In this document: positions 1 through 9,142 of the stretch, piece after piece
Layout of the letters: every line of letters begins with the position of its first letter
Numbering within the stretch: the first letter of the stretch is position 1
Assembly: GCA_016713665.1 (NCBI GenBank)
Contig: JADJOR010000005.1
Span: 103,333-167,332, forward strand
Source: Deltaproteobacteria bacterium
GTDB taxonomy: Bacteria; Myxococcota_A; UBA9160; UBA4427
Length of the DNA stretch: 64,000 bases
Direction of reading: 5' to 3'
Made by a program: the position numbers and the translations under genes
The notes under the pieces: generated by a model
The model's database searches: none
What the model saw: only the letters and a program-made list of their open reading frames with translations
Told to the model about the DNA's origin: nothing

Positions 1-21
1 TCGGAGGCTGAGCGGGAGCCC

Positions 22-1311
22 ATGCCGAATGCCGCCCCGCCCCATGTCGTGATCATCGGAGGCGGCTTCGCCGGCCTCTCGGCGGCGCGAGCGCTCTCGA
101 ACGAGCCCGTCCAGATCACCCTCGTCGATCGCCGCAACCACCACCTCTTCCAACCTCTGCTCTACCAGGTCGCGACCGCCGCCCTGAATCCCGGCGACAT
201 CGCCTATCCGATCCGCTCGGTCCTGGCCCTGCAGCGCAACGCGCGCACGATCCTCGCCCGCGTGGCCACGATCGACGTCGCCGCACGCCGGGTCCAGCTC
301 GAAGACGGCGAGCTCGAATACGACTACCTCGTCGTCGCCGCCGGCGCGCGACACAGCTATTTCGGCAAGGACGAGTGGGAGGCCTGGGCACCCGGGCTCA
401 AGACGGTCGAGGACGCCCTCGAGATCCGGCGCCGCGTGCTCTCCGCCTTCGAAGCTGCCGAGCGACAAATCGACCCGGGCCAGCTGCCCGCGATCCTGAC
501 GTTCGTGATCGTGGGTGGCGGCCCGACGGGCATCGAGCTCGCCGGCGCGCTGCTCGAGATCGGCCGCCACACCGTCGCCCGCGACTTCCGCAGCTTCGAT
601 CCGCGCAAGCTGCGCGTCGTCCTGATCGAGGGCGCGCCGCGGGTGCTCCCGCCTTATTCCGAGAAGCTGTCCGCGGCGGCCCGCGAGCAGCTCGAGCGGC
701 TGGGCGTCGAGGTGCGCACGGGCGCGCAGGTCTCGAAGATCGACCAGAACGGCGTCTGGATCGGCGAGGAGCACATCCCCGCACGCACCGTGCTCTGGGC
801 CGCAGGCGTCGCCGCCTCGCCGCTCGGACAGAGCCTCGGCGTGCCTCTCGATCGCGCGGGCCGCGTCGCGGTCGAGCCGGATCTCTCGCTCCCGGGCCAT
901 CCCGAGGTCTTCGTCGCCGGCGATCTCATGCAGATCGCCCAGGACGGCAAGCCCGTCCCCGGCATCGCCCCCGCGGCGATCCAGTCGGGCCGCGCTGCGG
1001 CGCGCAACATCGCGGCCCGGGTCGCCGGCCGCACGACGACACCGTTCCGGTTCGTCGACAAGGGATCGCTCGCGACGATCGGGCGCGCCGCCGCCGTCGG
1101 CCAGATCGGTCGCTTCGAGCTGACGGGCTTCCTCGCGTGGTGGGTCTGGTGGCTGATCCACATCGCCTACCTGATCGGCTACCGCAATCGCCTCGCCGTC
1201 ATGATGGGCTGGGCGTGGCAGTATTTCGCCTTCGCGCGCGGCGCCCGCCTCATCACGGGTCGCGCCTGGGAGCCCGGCAAGCCGCCGGAGGCCACGAAGG
1301 CGGGGCCTTAG
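22..1311 (+). CDS. ndh: Type II NADH dehydrogenase (NDH-2), FAD-dependent pyridine nucleotide-disulfide oxidoreductase
   Basis: 429-aa ORF. Two Rossmann dinucleotide motifs (VVIIGGGFAGL and FVIVGGGPTGIELAG) and a hydrophobic C-terminal tail typical of NDH-2. Confidence 0.9.
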   Translation: MPNAAPPHVVIIGGGFAGLSAARALSNEPVQITLVDRRNHHLFQPLLYQVATAALNPGDIAYPIRSVLALQRNARTILARVATIDVAARRVQLEDGELEYDYLVVAAGARHSYFGKDEWEAWAPGLKTVEDALEIRRRVLSAFEAAERQIDPGQLPAILTFVIVGGGPTGIELAGALLEIGRHTVARDFRSFDPRKLRVVLIEGAPRVLPPYSEKLSAAAREQLERLGVEVRTGAQVSKIDQNGVWIGEEHIPARTVLWAAGVAASPLGQSLGVPLDRAGRVAVEPDLSLPGHPEVFVAGDLMQIAQDGKPVPGIAPAAIQSGRAAARNIAARVAGRTTTPFRFVDKGSLATIGRAAAVGQIGRFELTGFLAWWVWWLIHIAYLIGYRNRLAVMMGWAWQYFAFARGARLITGRAWEPGKPPEATKAGP

Positions 1312-1345
1312 GCCGAACGAGCTCGAATGGCAGAGGAGCGGCCCG

Positions 1346-1786
1346 ATGAAGATCCACGAAGTCTTCCCGTATCTGCGCCTGCGCGACGCGGCCCGCGCGA
1401 TCGACTTCTATGCGAAGGCTTTCGGTGCGACCGAGAAGTTCCGACTGCGCGAGCCCTCCGGCCGCATCGGCCACGCCGAGCTCGAGCTCGGACCCGCGAC
1501 GCTCATGCTCTCCGACGAGTACCCCGAGTTCGGCATCTACGGCCCGGACTCGATCGGCGGGACCTCGTTCACGATCCATCTCCACGTCGACGACGCAGAC
1601 GCCGCGATCCGCCGCGCCGTCGACGCCGGCGCGACGCTCGTGCGCCCGCCGGCGGATCAATTCTACGGCGAGCGCTCGGGTACGATCCGCGATCCCTTCG
1701 GTCACGAATGGAACATCGGGCACGAGATCGAGAAGGTGACGCCGGAAGAGATGCAGCGGCGATACGACGCGATGATGAAGGGCTGA
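1346..1786 (+). CDS. VOC (glyoxalase/bleomycin-resistance) family protein, PhnB-like
   Basis: 146-aa ORF starting 34 nt after the ndh stop. N-terminus MKIHEVFPYLRLRDAARAIDFYAKAFGA and overall pattern resemble PhnB/VOC proteins. Confidence 0.8.
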   Translation: MKIHEVFPYLRLRDAARAIDFYAKAFGATEKFRLREPSGRIGHAELELGPATLMLSDEYPEFGIYGPDSIGGTSFTIHLHVDDADAAIRRAVDAGATLVRPPADQFYGERSGTIRDPFGHEWNIGHEIEKVTPEEMQRRYDAMMKG

Positions 1787-1841
1787 GCGCGAGCCGGCGC
1801 CCGCTCCCCCTCGAAGCTCCGTTGCGACCGACCCGCTCGCG

Positions 1842-2684
1842 CTACAGCCCGAGCACCTTCCGCGTCGCCGCGCCGATCTTCTTCGCCATCGGGACCGGCC
1901 CTTCCTGCATGAGCCCGACGTTGAAGACCTCGGGCGCCCAGACGGGATCGGCGCCGATCGCGTCGAGGGCCTGGAGCAGCGGCTTCCACTCGACCTCACC
2001 GTCGCCCGGCAGCAGCCGATTCGTCATCGACTCCATCATCATGTCGCCGCCGAAGCCCTTGCGGGTCGTGTCGTTGAGCTGGACGCAGTGGATCCGGCTG
2101 CCGGGAATGCCGCGCAACGTCGCGAGATCGGGGCCGCCGGGCTGGCGCAGCCAGTGCCAGGTATCGACGACGAGGCCGATGTTCTCGCCGCCCGCCGCCT
2201 GGATCAGGCGCCATGCGCTCTTGATGTCCTTGAGCCCCGACCAGGGCAGCCACTCGATGCAGATGCGCAGTCCGCGATCGGCCGCCATCTTGCCGAGCAG
2301 ACTGAGCCCCCGCGTCGCCGCGTCCCAATCGAGGGTCGGGTTCATCACGACGCCCGCCACGTCCTTCGCGCCGTGAAAGACGGCGCAGTCGAGGGTCGGG
2401 CCGCACTGGGCCTCGATCGTCGCCCGGTCCCCGCCCTCCCAGCCGATCAACGACTCGACGATCGGGATCGTGAGACCGCGGTCCTGGATCCAGCCCTTCA
2501 CGGTCTCCGCGCGGACGCCGGCCCCGACGACCGCGAGCTGATGGAAGGCCCAGAGCGAGATCCCGCCGAACTTCGCTTCGGCGGTCGCGTCGATGATGGC
2601 CTTCATCTGTTCGGGGGTGAGCTCGAGGGCGCCGCCGATCAGGGTGGCATTGCAGAGCACGAGCTTTTCTTCTCGGGCGGGCAT
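1842..2684 (-). CDS. Sugar phosphate isomerase/epimerase (xylose isomerase-like TIM barrel) family protein
   Basis: C-terminal 280 aa of the 762-aa track ORF, starting at ATG 2682-2684 (MPAREEKLVLCNATL...). The upstream part of the ORF is Arg/Gly-rich read-through antisense to the next gene. Family call by overall resemblance. Confidence 0.7.
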   Translation of the reverse strand: MPAREEKLVLCNATLIGGALELTPEQMKAIIDATAEAKFGGISLWAFHQLAVVGAGVRAETVKGWIQDRGLTIPIVESLIGWEGGDRATIEAQCGPTLDCAVFHGAKDVAGVVMNPTLDWDAATRGLSLLGKMAADRGLRICIEWLPWSGLKDIKSAWRLIQAAGGENIGLVVDTWHWLRQPGGPDLATLRGIPGSRIHCVQLNDTTRKGFGGDMMMESMTNRLLPGDGEVEWKPLLQALDAIGADPVWAPEVFNVGLMQEGPVPMAKKIGAATRKVLGL

Positions 2685-2861
2685 GGGGCTTCCTTTCGTT
2701 GCGTCGCTTCGATTCCCGGGGCGGCGCGCGACGAGGGCCGTGCGCCGGGCCGCGAGTCTAGTGCCGATCTCCGCGACCTGCCCTCCCGGATCCCGCGCCC
2801 GTGGTCGGGCAGCGAGCCGTCCCGACCCATGCCATGCTGCCGGCCTACCGGAGCTCCGCCG

Positions 2862-4055
2862 ATGTCGACCGTCCAGGGAACCTGCGCCCCGCGCTTCGAA
2901 TCCGTCCGCACCGTCTTCGAGGCCCGCATCGCCGCGCAGCAGGAGGTCGGCGCCACGATCGCGTTCAGCCTCGACGGTGAGCTCGTCGTCGATCTCTGGG
3001 GTGGCCACGTCGACCGCGAGCGGACGCGCCCCTGGCGCCGCGACACCATCGTGAACACCTACTCGACGACCAAGGGCATGACGACGATCTGTGCCCACCG
3101 TCTCGTCGAGCAGGGTCGCCTCGACCTCGACGCGCCCGTCGCGCACTACTGGCCCGAATTCGCACAGGCCGGCAAGGGTTCGATTCCCGTCCGCTGGCTG
3201 CTCTGCCACAAGGCGGGCCTTCCGGCGATCCGACGGCCGATGTCGAAGGAGAGCCTCTACGACTGGGACGCGGTGTGTGCGGGCCTCGCGGAGACGGCGC
3301 CGTGGTGGGAGCCGGGCTCGAAGCACGGCTATTCGCCGGTCACGTTCGGGCATCTCGTCGGCGAGGTGATCCGCCGGATCGACGGGCGGACGGTCGGCCG
3401 GATGTTCCGCGAGGACGTCGCGATCCCCCTCGGCGCCGACTATCACATCGGTCTCGACGCGGCGAACGACGCGCGCGTCGCCGACATGATCGGCGGGCTG
3501 CTGCCGCCGAAGAGCGAGCGAGCGGCCTCCGCCCCGCGACTGAAGGGCCCCCTCGCCCAGTTCCTGCAGGACATGAACGATCCGACGACGATGGTCGGGG
3601 CGGCCTTCAACAACCCGCCGATCCCGTCGGGCGGCGTCAATCAGCGCGCCTGGCGCGGCGCGGAGATTCCGGCCGCGAACGGCCACGGCACGGCGCGCGC
3701 CCTCGCGCGGATCTACGGCGCACTCGCCTGCGGCGGCGCCGTCGACGGCGTCCGCATCCTCGAGGAGAAGACGATCGCCCGGGCGATCGAGGAGCAGGCC
3801 GCGGGCCCCGACGCGACCCTCGGCGGAATGCCGATGCGCTACGGCCTCGGCTTCATGCTCCGCAGCGACACGACGCCCCTCTCCCCGTCGCCCCGCGCCT
3901 TCGGCCATCCGGGGGCCGGGGGCTCGATCGGCATGGCCGATCCGGATCGCCGGGTCGGCTTCGGCTTCGTCATGAACAAGATGGGGGCCGCGATGACCGG
4001 CGGGCAGACGGGTTATGCGGTCATCCAGGAATTCTTCCGGGTGCTCGAGGCCTGA
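2862..4055 (+). CDS. Serine hydrolase, class C beta-lactamase/EstB-like esterase family
   Basis: SxxK nucleophile motif (YSTTKGMT) about 70 aa from the ATG at 2862 (alternative in-frame ATG at 2829). Length is about 397 aa. The N-terminal part of the 655-aa track ORF was trimmed as antisense read-through. Confidence 0.85.
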   Translation: MSTVQGTCAPRFESVRTVFEARIAAQQEVGATIAFSLDGELVVDLWGGHVDRERTRPWRRDTIVNTYSTTKGMTTICAHRLVEQGRLDLDAPVAHYWPEFAQAGKGSIPVRWLLCHKAGLPAIRRPMSKESLYDWDAVCAGLAETAPWWEPGSKHGYSPVTFGHLVGEVIRRIDGRTVGRMFREDVAIPLGADYHIGLDAANDARVADMIGGLLPPKSERAASAPRLKGPLAQFLQDMNDPTTMVGAAFNNPPIPSGGVNQRAWRGAEIPAANGHGTARALARIYGALACGGAVDGVRILEEKTIARAIEEQAAGPDATLGGMPMRYGLGFMLRSDTTPLSPSPRAFGHPGAGGSIGMADPDRRVGFGFVMNKMGAAMTGGQTGYAVIQEFFRVLEA

Positions 4056-4128
4056 GCGCCTCGGACACGCGGGACGCATCCGTCCGCCGCCCCCTTGCTC
4101 CTGCATTCGCGTTGCTATCGTCGAACGC

Positions 4129-5091
4129 ATGACGCAATACGCCTACGACCCGGACTTCCTTCCCCATCTCGCTGCGATCCCGACCGTCGGCGACTACTCG
4201 ACCGCCGGGAAGATCCAGGCCATGCGCGCGATGCGTGCCGAGGGCCAGCAGCTCCCGCCGCCGAACCCGGCGATCCGACGCGAAGATCGGACGGTCCCGG
4301 CGCAGGGCAGCCAGCCCGCCGTCCCGATCCGCATCTATACCCCGAAGGCCGCCGCGAGCGCGCCCCGCGCCTGCGTCTACGAGATCCACGGCGGCGGCTT
4401 CATGTTCGGGACCCTCGACATGATGGATCCGTGGTGTGACGCGATCGCCGCCGCCCTCGACGTCGTCGTCGTCAGCGTCGACTACCGCCTCGCCCCCGAG
4501 CATCCCTTCCCGGCGGGCATCGACGACTGTTATGCGGGCCTCCGCTTCACCGCGGACAACGCGAAGGCCCTCGGCATCGATCCGAAGCGCCTCGCCATCG
4601 CCGGTCAGAGCGCGGGCGGCGGCCTCGCGGCGGGTCTCGCCCTGATGGCCCGCGACAAGGGCGGCCCGGCCATCTGCTACCAGCTGCTCGAGATCCCCGA
4701 GCTCGACGACCGACTCGACACGCCCTCGATGCTCGCGTTCCAGGACACCCCATTCTGGAACCGCCCGAACGCCGTCTGGAGCTGGAAGCACTACCTCGGC
4801 CCGAACCACGAGGGCGTCCCCTCGATCTACGCCGCGCCGGCGCGAGCGACGGTCAAGCAGCTCGTCGGCCTTCCGCCCGCCTACGTCTCGACGATGGAGT
4901 TCGATCCGCTGCGGGACGAGGGGCTTCGTTATGCGATGGCGATGCTCGAGGCGGGCATCTCGGTCGAGCTCCACAACTACGCGGGGACGTTCCACGGATC
5001 GGCGTTCGTACCGAGCGCGGAGCCTTCGCGGAGGAATGCGGAGGAGATCGTGACGATCCTCGCCAAGCGCTTGCATCAGAGATCCAGTTAA
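4129..5091 (+). CDS. Alpha/beta hydrolase, hormone-sensitive-lipase-type esterase/lipase
   Basis: HGGGF oxyanion motif (YEIHGGGFMFG) and GxSxG nucleophile elbow (GQSAGGG). Start taken at ATG 4129 (MTQYAYDPDF). Confidence 0.85.
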   Translation: MTQYAYDPDFLPHLAAIPTVGDYSTAGKIQAMRAMRAEGQQLPPPNPAIRREDRTVPAQGSQPAVPIRIYTPKAAASAPRACVYEIHGGGFMFGTLDMMDPWCDAIAAALDVVVVSVDYRLAPEHPFPAGIDDCYAGLRFTADNAKALGIDPKRLAIAGQSAGGGLAAGLALMARDKGGPAICYQLLEIPELDDRLDTPSMLAFQDTPFWNRPNAVWSWKHYLGPNHEGVPSIYAAPARATVKQLVGLPPAYVSTMEFDPLRDEGLRYAMAMLEAGISVELHNYAGTFHGSAFVPSAEPSRRNAEEIVTILAKRLHQRSS

Positions 5092-5265
5092 CTTTGCCAC
5101 CAGCGATGACACACTTGCGCCCTCACCTTAGCAGTCATGCAGCAGAACGCTGATCAATCTTCGACGGATTTCCCGCCAAGCAAGAACAGGGGGCGGGCCC
5201 ACCAAACTTTTGTTGGGTGGCTCTGGCTGTCGCCCTCTTGTCCTGATGGGCGCCGCTCGCGAAAG

Positions 5266-5306
5266 GGTCCCCCCCCCCGAAGGCCCCCCGCCCCCCCCCC
5301 TTCCCT
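5266..5306. repeat. C-homopolymer-rich low-complexity tract (runs of 10, 6 and 10 C)
   Basis: Read directly: gggtcc cccccccc gaagg cccccc g cccccccccc ttccc. Confidence 0.9.
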
Positions 5307-6701
5307 TCGCTCGACCTAGCTCGCATTGCGCAAGATCTGCAGGTCTCTGAGAAGGCATCCGAAGCCGCAAAAAGAGTGGAGGCCGCCGGGGGGATGGTCG
5401 GTTCTGGCCAGTTCCACCGACCAAAATTGAAGCGGCGGGCGCGCTAACAGACCTAAAGACGCAAGCAATCGACCACCTCAATCATCTGCATATTCTGCAG
5501 GATGAAGTCGAGGGACGGGCTGAAGAGTTACGCAGTTTCCGCAGGAAAAATAGGCTCGATCGCCTGCCCACGATCCCAAGTCGGAATGAGACCATATCAT
5601 GGCTGTGCTCTTGCCTGTCTCGGCCCTCTTTGCCGGGGTTCCGTCGCGGGAACGTCCTGCTCTGGCTTACGCGCGCTACGGCTCCCGTTTATCCGACACC
5701 GCTGGATCGCTCAGGTTTGGTTGCGCGCCTTTATGTCCTCGGGCAACCGGACTCATTTGCGTGCAACTTGGATCAGTTCATCCTAATGAGGGCCGTTCTG
5801 CTCCTGCACCGCGATCAGCCACCGGCGTGCACGCCTCCACCTCCTGGCAGCGCGGCTATCCTAAGCATTTACATCGACGGCGCCAATGGGTGACGACTGG
5901 GGCACGGGCGTGGACGGCGCCACAACATCGCCGTAACATCTTACGCCGAAGCAAAGACTCGAAGCTTGGCAGAGCTTACAAATTTACGAGACGAAGCAAT
6001 AAAACAGATGGGCACCGCAATCGAGCTGACCCGACCTTTGTTTCGGGGCGGGCGACGTCAAGAGCTACCGGCCTTCTGGACCATCTGGGCTGCTTTCGCC
6101 ATTAGTGAGGGCGCCACAGGGGTAGGTCGTCGCCATCCCGCGCGCCCTTCCTCACTTGCCCGAGTTCGGCGCCCCAGATCCAGCAGGACGCCAAGCATGC
6201 AATGCTCGAATGGAGCACTTCATCCAAGCTCACATCAGTTCGAGCGGTCAGCGCTACCAGCATTTCTTCCGACAGAACCAGACGAGCCTCACCGTGTCAG
6301 GTCAGTCCACAAAATCCAATGGGCTGCGAACGAAGCGCATTGGGCACCTTTTATTTCCGTCTCTGGAAGCGCAGCTCTATGTCCATGGCACAATGCGAGG
6401 ACTTGTGCCCACGACCGCCCAGCGAGCTACTTGTACTTTTGATATGTCCGACGAACTACGAGTCCCAGCGCCTTAAGTAATGAGTTGCCTGCCTTACCTA
6501 GCCGTGGAACGGAACCCCACCGCAGCTCCGGTCGCGGAGCGACGAGGCCGGTTCTCCGGACCTCGCCCAAAGAAGTGGCGGCTTTATTCAGAGTCTGCCG
6601 AACTAGCCCAATGCGCCACAGGACCGACGTCGCCCACTTTGATCACAGGCATCCCACCTTGGCTCAACACTACTGGTTGCTCTTCTATCAAAAGCCCGCA
6701 A

Positions 6702-6737
6702 CCCCCCCGCCCCGGGGCGCCGCCGCCCCCCCCCGGG
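6702..6737. repeat. C/G homopolymer-rich low-complexity tract
   Basis: Read directly: acccccccgccccggggcgccgccgcccccccccggg. Confidence 0.9.
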
Positions 6738-7423
6738 ACTCAATGGGTTGAGATTGACGCTCAGCGCGTGGTCGAAGTTCGCGATGCCGTGCGCGGGAAT
6801 GACCCGGAGGGCTTTTCTCGCCGGCGATGACGGACAGCCAGTGGAGCTCATTGGGCCTGGACACGAATGGTTGCCAGTCTTCCTAGGGTCTGAGAACGAA
6901 TGGACGGTAAGGGAGGTGGGCTATGCGTATCTTGACATCATTGCGTTTGGAGGAATGGCTCGCCTTGCAAAGCGTGGCCTGGTCGATTCAATCAGACGAG
7001 GACGCATGCCAGGGAAGGGATTGCGCCTCGACAGGACTCAACTAGTCCTTCTATCGCAACGTCAAGGATGCTGCTCCGATGCCCCGACCCGGCAGACGCC
7101 ACCAAGCCGCGGTTCTCGCACCAGACTGCTTAATTAAGGAAACATCAGCAAGCGGGAATCTTCTCTTCCCGGCCTCCTATCCTCAAACGAAGATTGATCG
7201 ATCGCGAGGGAGCGTTCGGGCGCAGGTGGAGGTCCCAAAACTGAGGCCGCAAACCAAATTGAATTGCGTTCGGGATCAGACGGCCCGGGTTGACCGGTAC
7301 CTTAGATCAAGGCCTCGGAAAGAGTTCCGGAGTTTTGCGCACAGCTATCGCGCAATCGGTCGAAAGAAGATGCTCTCGACCTTCCTCTCGGTAAATCGAT
7401 CATTCTGTCTAATTCTCCCGCCC

Positions 7424-8515
7424 TCAAATCCTCCCCGCCAGAAACGCGAGCAACACCTCGTTCGTCCGCTCCGGCGCCTCCTCCGGAATGAAGTGCCCTG
7501 ACAGCGCCCCGCGCGTGCGCAGGTCCGGGAAGTGGTGGGCGAAGGAGTCCGCGTACGGGTTTCCGCTCGGGATGTAGTCGTCGGGCGGGAGCTTGCCGTC
7601 CTCGAAGGCCTGCGGGACCAGGAACGGGCTGAATAAATAACAGGTCGGCCCGGGATACCGGAGATGCCAGTCCTCCGGCGCGAAGACCATGAAGTTCGTC
7701 GCCCAGTCGGGATGCGAGAAGAGCAGGCCCGGATGCTTCCACATCGCCGCGACCTGCGGATTCGAGCGGAACTCGAAGGCGAGACCGCCGCGGACCGACG
7801 GGTCGGGCCTGGCCACGTGGAACGGCAGCGCGTGGCGGTAGTACTCGACGGCGTGGAACCAGGCGCCGGGGTCGGCGAAGGCGTCGGCGTAGTGGTCGAC
7901 GTCGGCGGGCGTGAAGGCCTTCGTCATGTCGAACTCGGCGAGCGCATGGCTCCCGGCCGCGCCGTCGACGGGCGCCCAGGGCGACTCCGGCGGTCCGCCG
8001 TAGGGCCGCGCCTCGTTCGCGAAGACCGAGCGGATGAAGGCGCGGTGGTGTCGCTCGAAGAACTGCTCGGCCTCGGGCTCGCACTTGAACCAGTAGCCGT
8101 GGATCCCCCAGGTGATCCAGACCGAGACGAGGGTGTCGATCAGGCAGAGGCGGCTGATGCGGTCGGGGTATTTGAGCGCGGCCGCCGCGGCGATGATGCC
8201 GCCCCAGTCGTGACCGACGAGGCGGACGCGCGGGATCTCGAGGGCGTCGAGCAGGTCGACGACGTCCCGGGCGAGGACGTCGCGCGTCACGCGGATGCGG
8301 GGCTTGTCGGTCCCGCCGTAGCCGCGCGTGTCCGGCGCGTAGACCTTGTACTGCTCGGCGAGCACCGGGATCTGGTGGCGCCACATGTGCGAGGTCTGCG
8401 GGAAGCCGTGGAGCAGGAGGACCGGATCTTCGTTCGGGCGGCCGACGCCGGCCTCCGTCAGCTCGAACGTGAGGCCACGGGTCTGGATCCGGCGCGTCGT
8501 GATCGGATTCGTCAT
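7424..8515 (-). CDS. Alpha/beta hydrolase, epoxide hydrolase/haloalkane dehalogenase-like
   Basis: 363-aa ORF. HGFP oxyanion motif (LLLHGFPQTSHMW) and nucleophile motif GHDWGG. Confidence 0.85.
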   Translation of the reverse strand: MTNPITTRRIQTRGLTFELTEAGVGRPNEDPVLLLHGFPQTSHMWRHQIPVLAEQYKVYAPDTRGYGGTDKPRIRVTRDVLARDVVDLLDALEIPRVRLVGHDWGGIIAAAAALKYPDRISRLCLIDTLVSVWITWGIHGYWFKCEPEAEQFFERHHRAFIRSVFANEARPYGGPPESPWAPVDGAAGSHALAEFDMTKAFTPADVDHYADAFADPGAWFHAVEYYRHALPFHVARPDPSVRGGLAFEFRSNPQVAAMWKHPGLLFSHPDWATNFMVFAPEDWHLRYPGPTCYLFSPFLVPQAFEDGKLPPDDYIPSGNPYADSFAHHFPDLRTRGALSGHFIPEEAPERTNEVLLAFLAGRI

Positions 8516-8580
8516 GCGGGGAGCCTATCGGCGGGGGCGACGATCCCGCTAGACTGAGGCGCCCGGTCCCCGCGACGCGG

Positions 8581-8643
8581 CGACCTGCGCGACCTGCGCG
8601 ACCTGCGCGACCTGCGCGACCCACGCGACCCACGCGACCCACG
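8581..8643. repeat. Tandem 9-bp repeat array (4 x cgacctgcg followed by 3 x cgacccacg) in a divergent intergenic region
   Basis: Read directly. The array ends immediately before the aaggag Shine-Dalgarno (8644-8649) of the ATG at 8658. Confidence 0.9.
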
Positions 8644-8657
8644 AAGGAGCGACGACC

Positions 8658-9125
8658 ATGGCCCAGAATCCGATGACCGACGTGGAGTTCAAGCGGCTGA
8701 GGCAGTTCATCAAGCCCTTCTCGGCGCTGAACGTCTTCGTCTACAAGCTGACCGGCGGGCGCCTGATGGGCAAATTCCAGGGCCGGCCCGTCATGCTCGT
8801 CACCTTGAAGGGCGCGAAGACGGGCCAGGACCGCACGGTCCCGCTCATGTACGTCCCGCTGAAGGACGGCGTCGAATCGGGCGTCATCGTGGTCGGGTCC
8901 CAGGGCGGTGCGCCGAAGTCGCCGGTCTGGGTCAAGAGCATCCAGAAGAATCCGGACGTCACCGTCCAGTACATGGGCAGGAAGATCCCGATGCGGGCAC
9001 GGCAGGTCGACGACGCCGAGAAGGCCCGACTCTGGCCGATCTGCGTGAAGCACTACCACGAGTACGACGACTACCAGGCGCGCACCGACCGCAACATCCC
9101 GGTCTTCCTCTGCGAGCCGCGTTAG
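8658..9125 (+). CDS. Deazaflavin (F420)-dependent nitroreductase-family oxidoreductase (DDN-like)
   Basis: 155-aa ORF with the family pattern: GRPVMLVTLKGAKTGQDRTVPLMY, VVGSQGGAPKSPVWVKSIQKNPDV, ARLWP...Y..YQARTDRNIPVFLCEP. Strong SD aaggag 8 nt upstream. Confidence 0.85.
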   Translation: MAQNPMTDVEFKRLRQFIKPFSALNVFVYKLTGGRLMGKFQGRPVMLVTLKGAKTGQDRTVPLMYVPLKDGVESGVIVVGSQGGAPKSPVWVKSIQKNPDVTVQYMGRKIPMRARQVDDAEKARLWPICVKHYHEYDDYQARTDRNIPVFLCEPR

Positions 9126-9142
9126 GTCGGAGGTATCCCGCG

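Larger units (their letters stand above)
5092..7423. other. Low-GC, ORF-poor island (possible degraded foreign DNA or pseudogene remnants)
   Basis: Sampled lines are about 45-60 % GC versus about 70 % in the flanks. No recognisable protein family. The frame shared by ORFs 5630..5893 and 5966..6442 is open from 5351 to 6442 except for one TGA at 5891-5893. The island lies between convergent gene ends. Confidence 0.6.

Noticed and set aside
1842-4130. Long N-terminal extensions of real genes, here and at 17494..20163, 20760..22313, 38457..41081, 50572..53436, 53027..54850 and 57945..60857
   Set aside because: The extensions are low-complexity, overlap neighbouring genes, and sit upstream of internal ATG/GTG/TTG codons that have Shine-Dalgarno sequences and family-typical N-termini. 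The genes were trimmed accordingly.
5891-5893. In-frame TGA as selenocysteine or programmed read-through
   Set aside because: I could identify no SECIS-like hairpin. The surrounding region lacks host codon bias and other frames are also open. A pseudogene or non-coding interpretation is more economical.
8581-8643. Possible CRISPR array (also considered for the 14-nt repeats at 13317-13344 and 52987-53042)
   Set aside because: The units are only 9-14 nt and directly abut each other with no spacers. No cas genes are present. These are simple tandem repeats.
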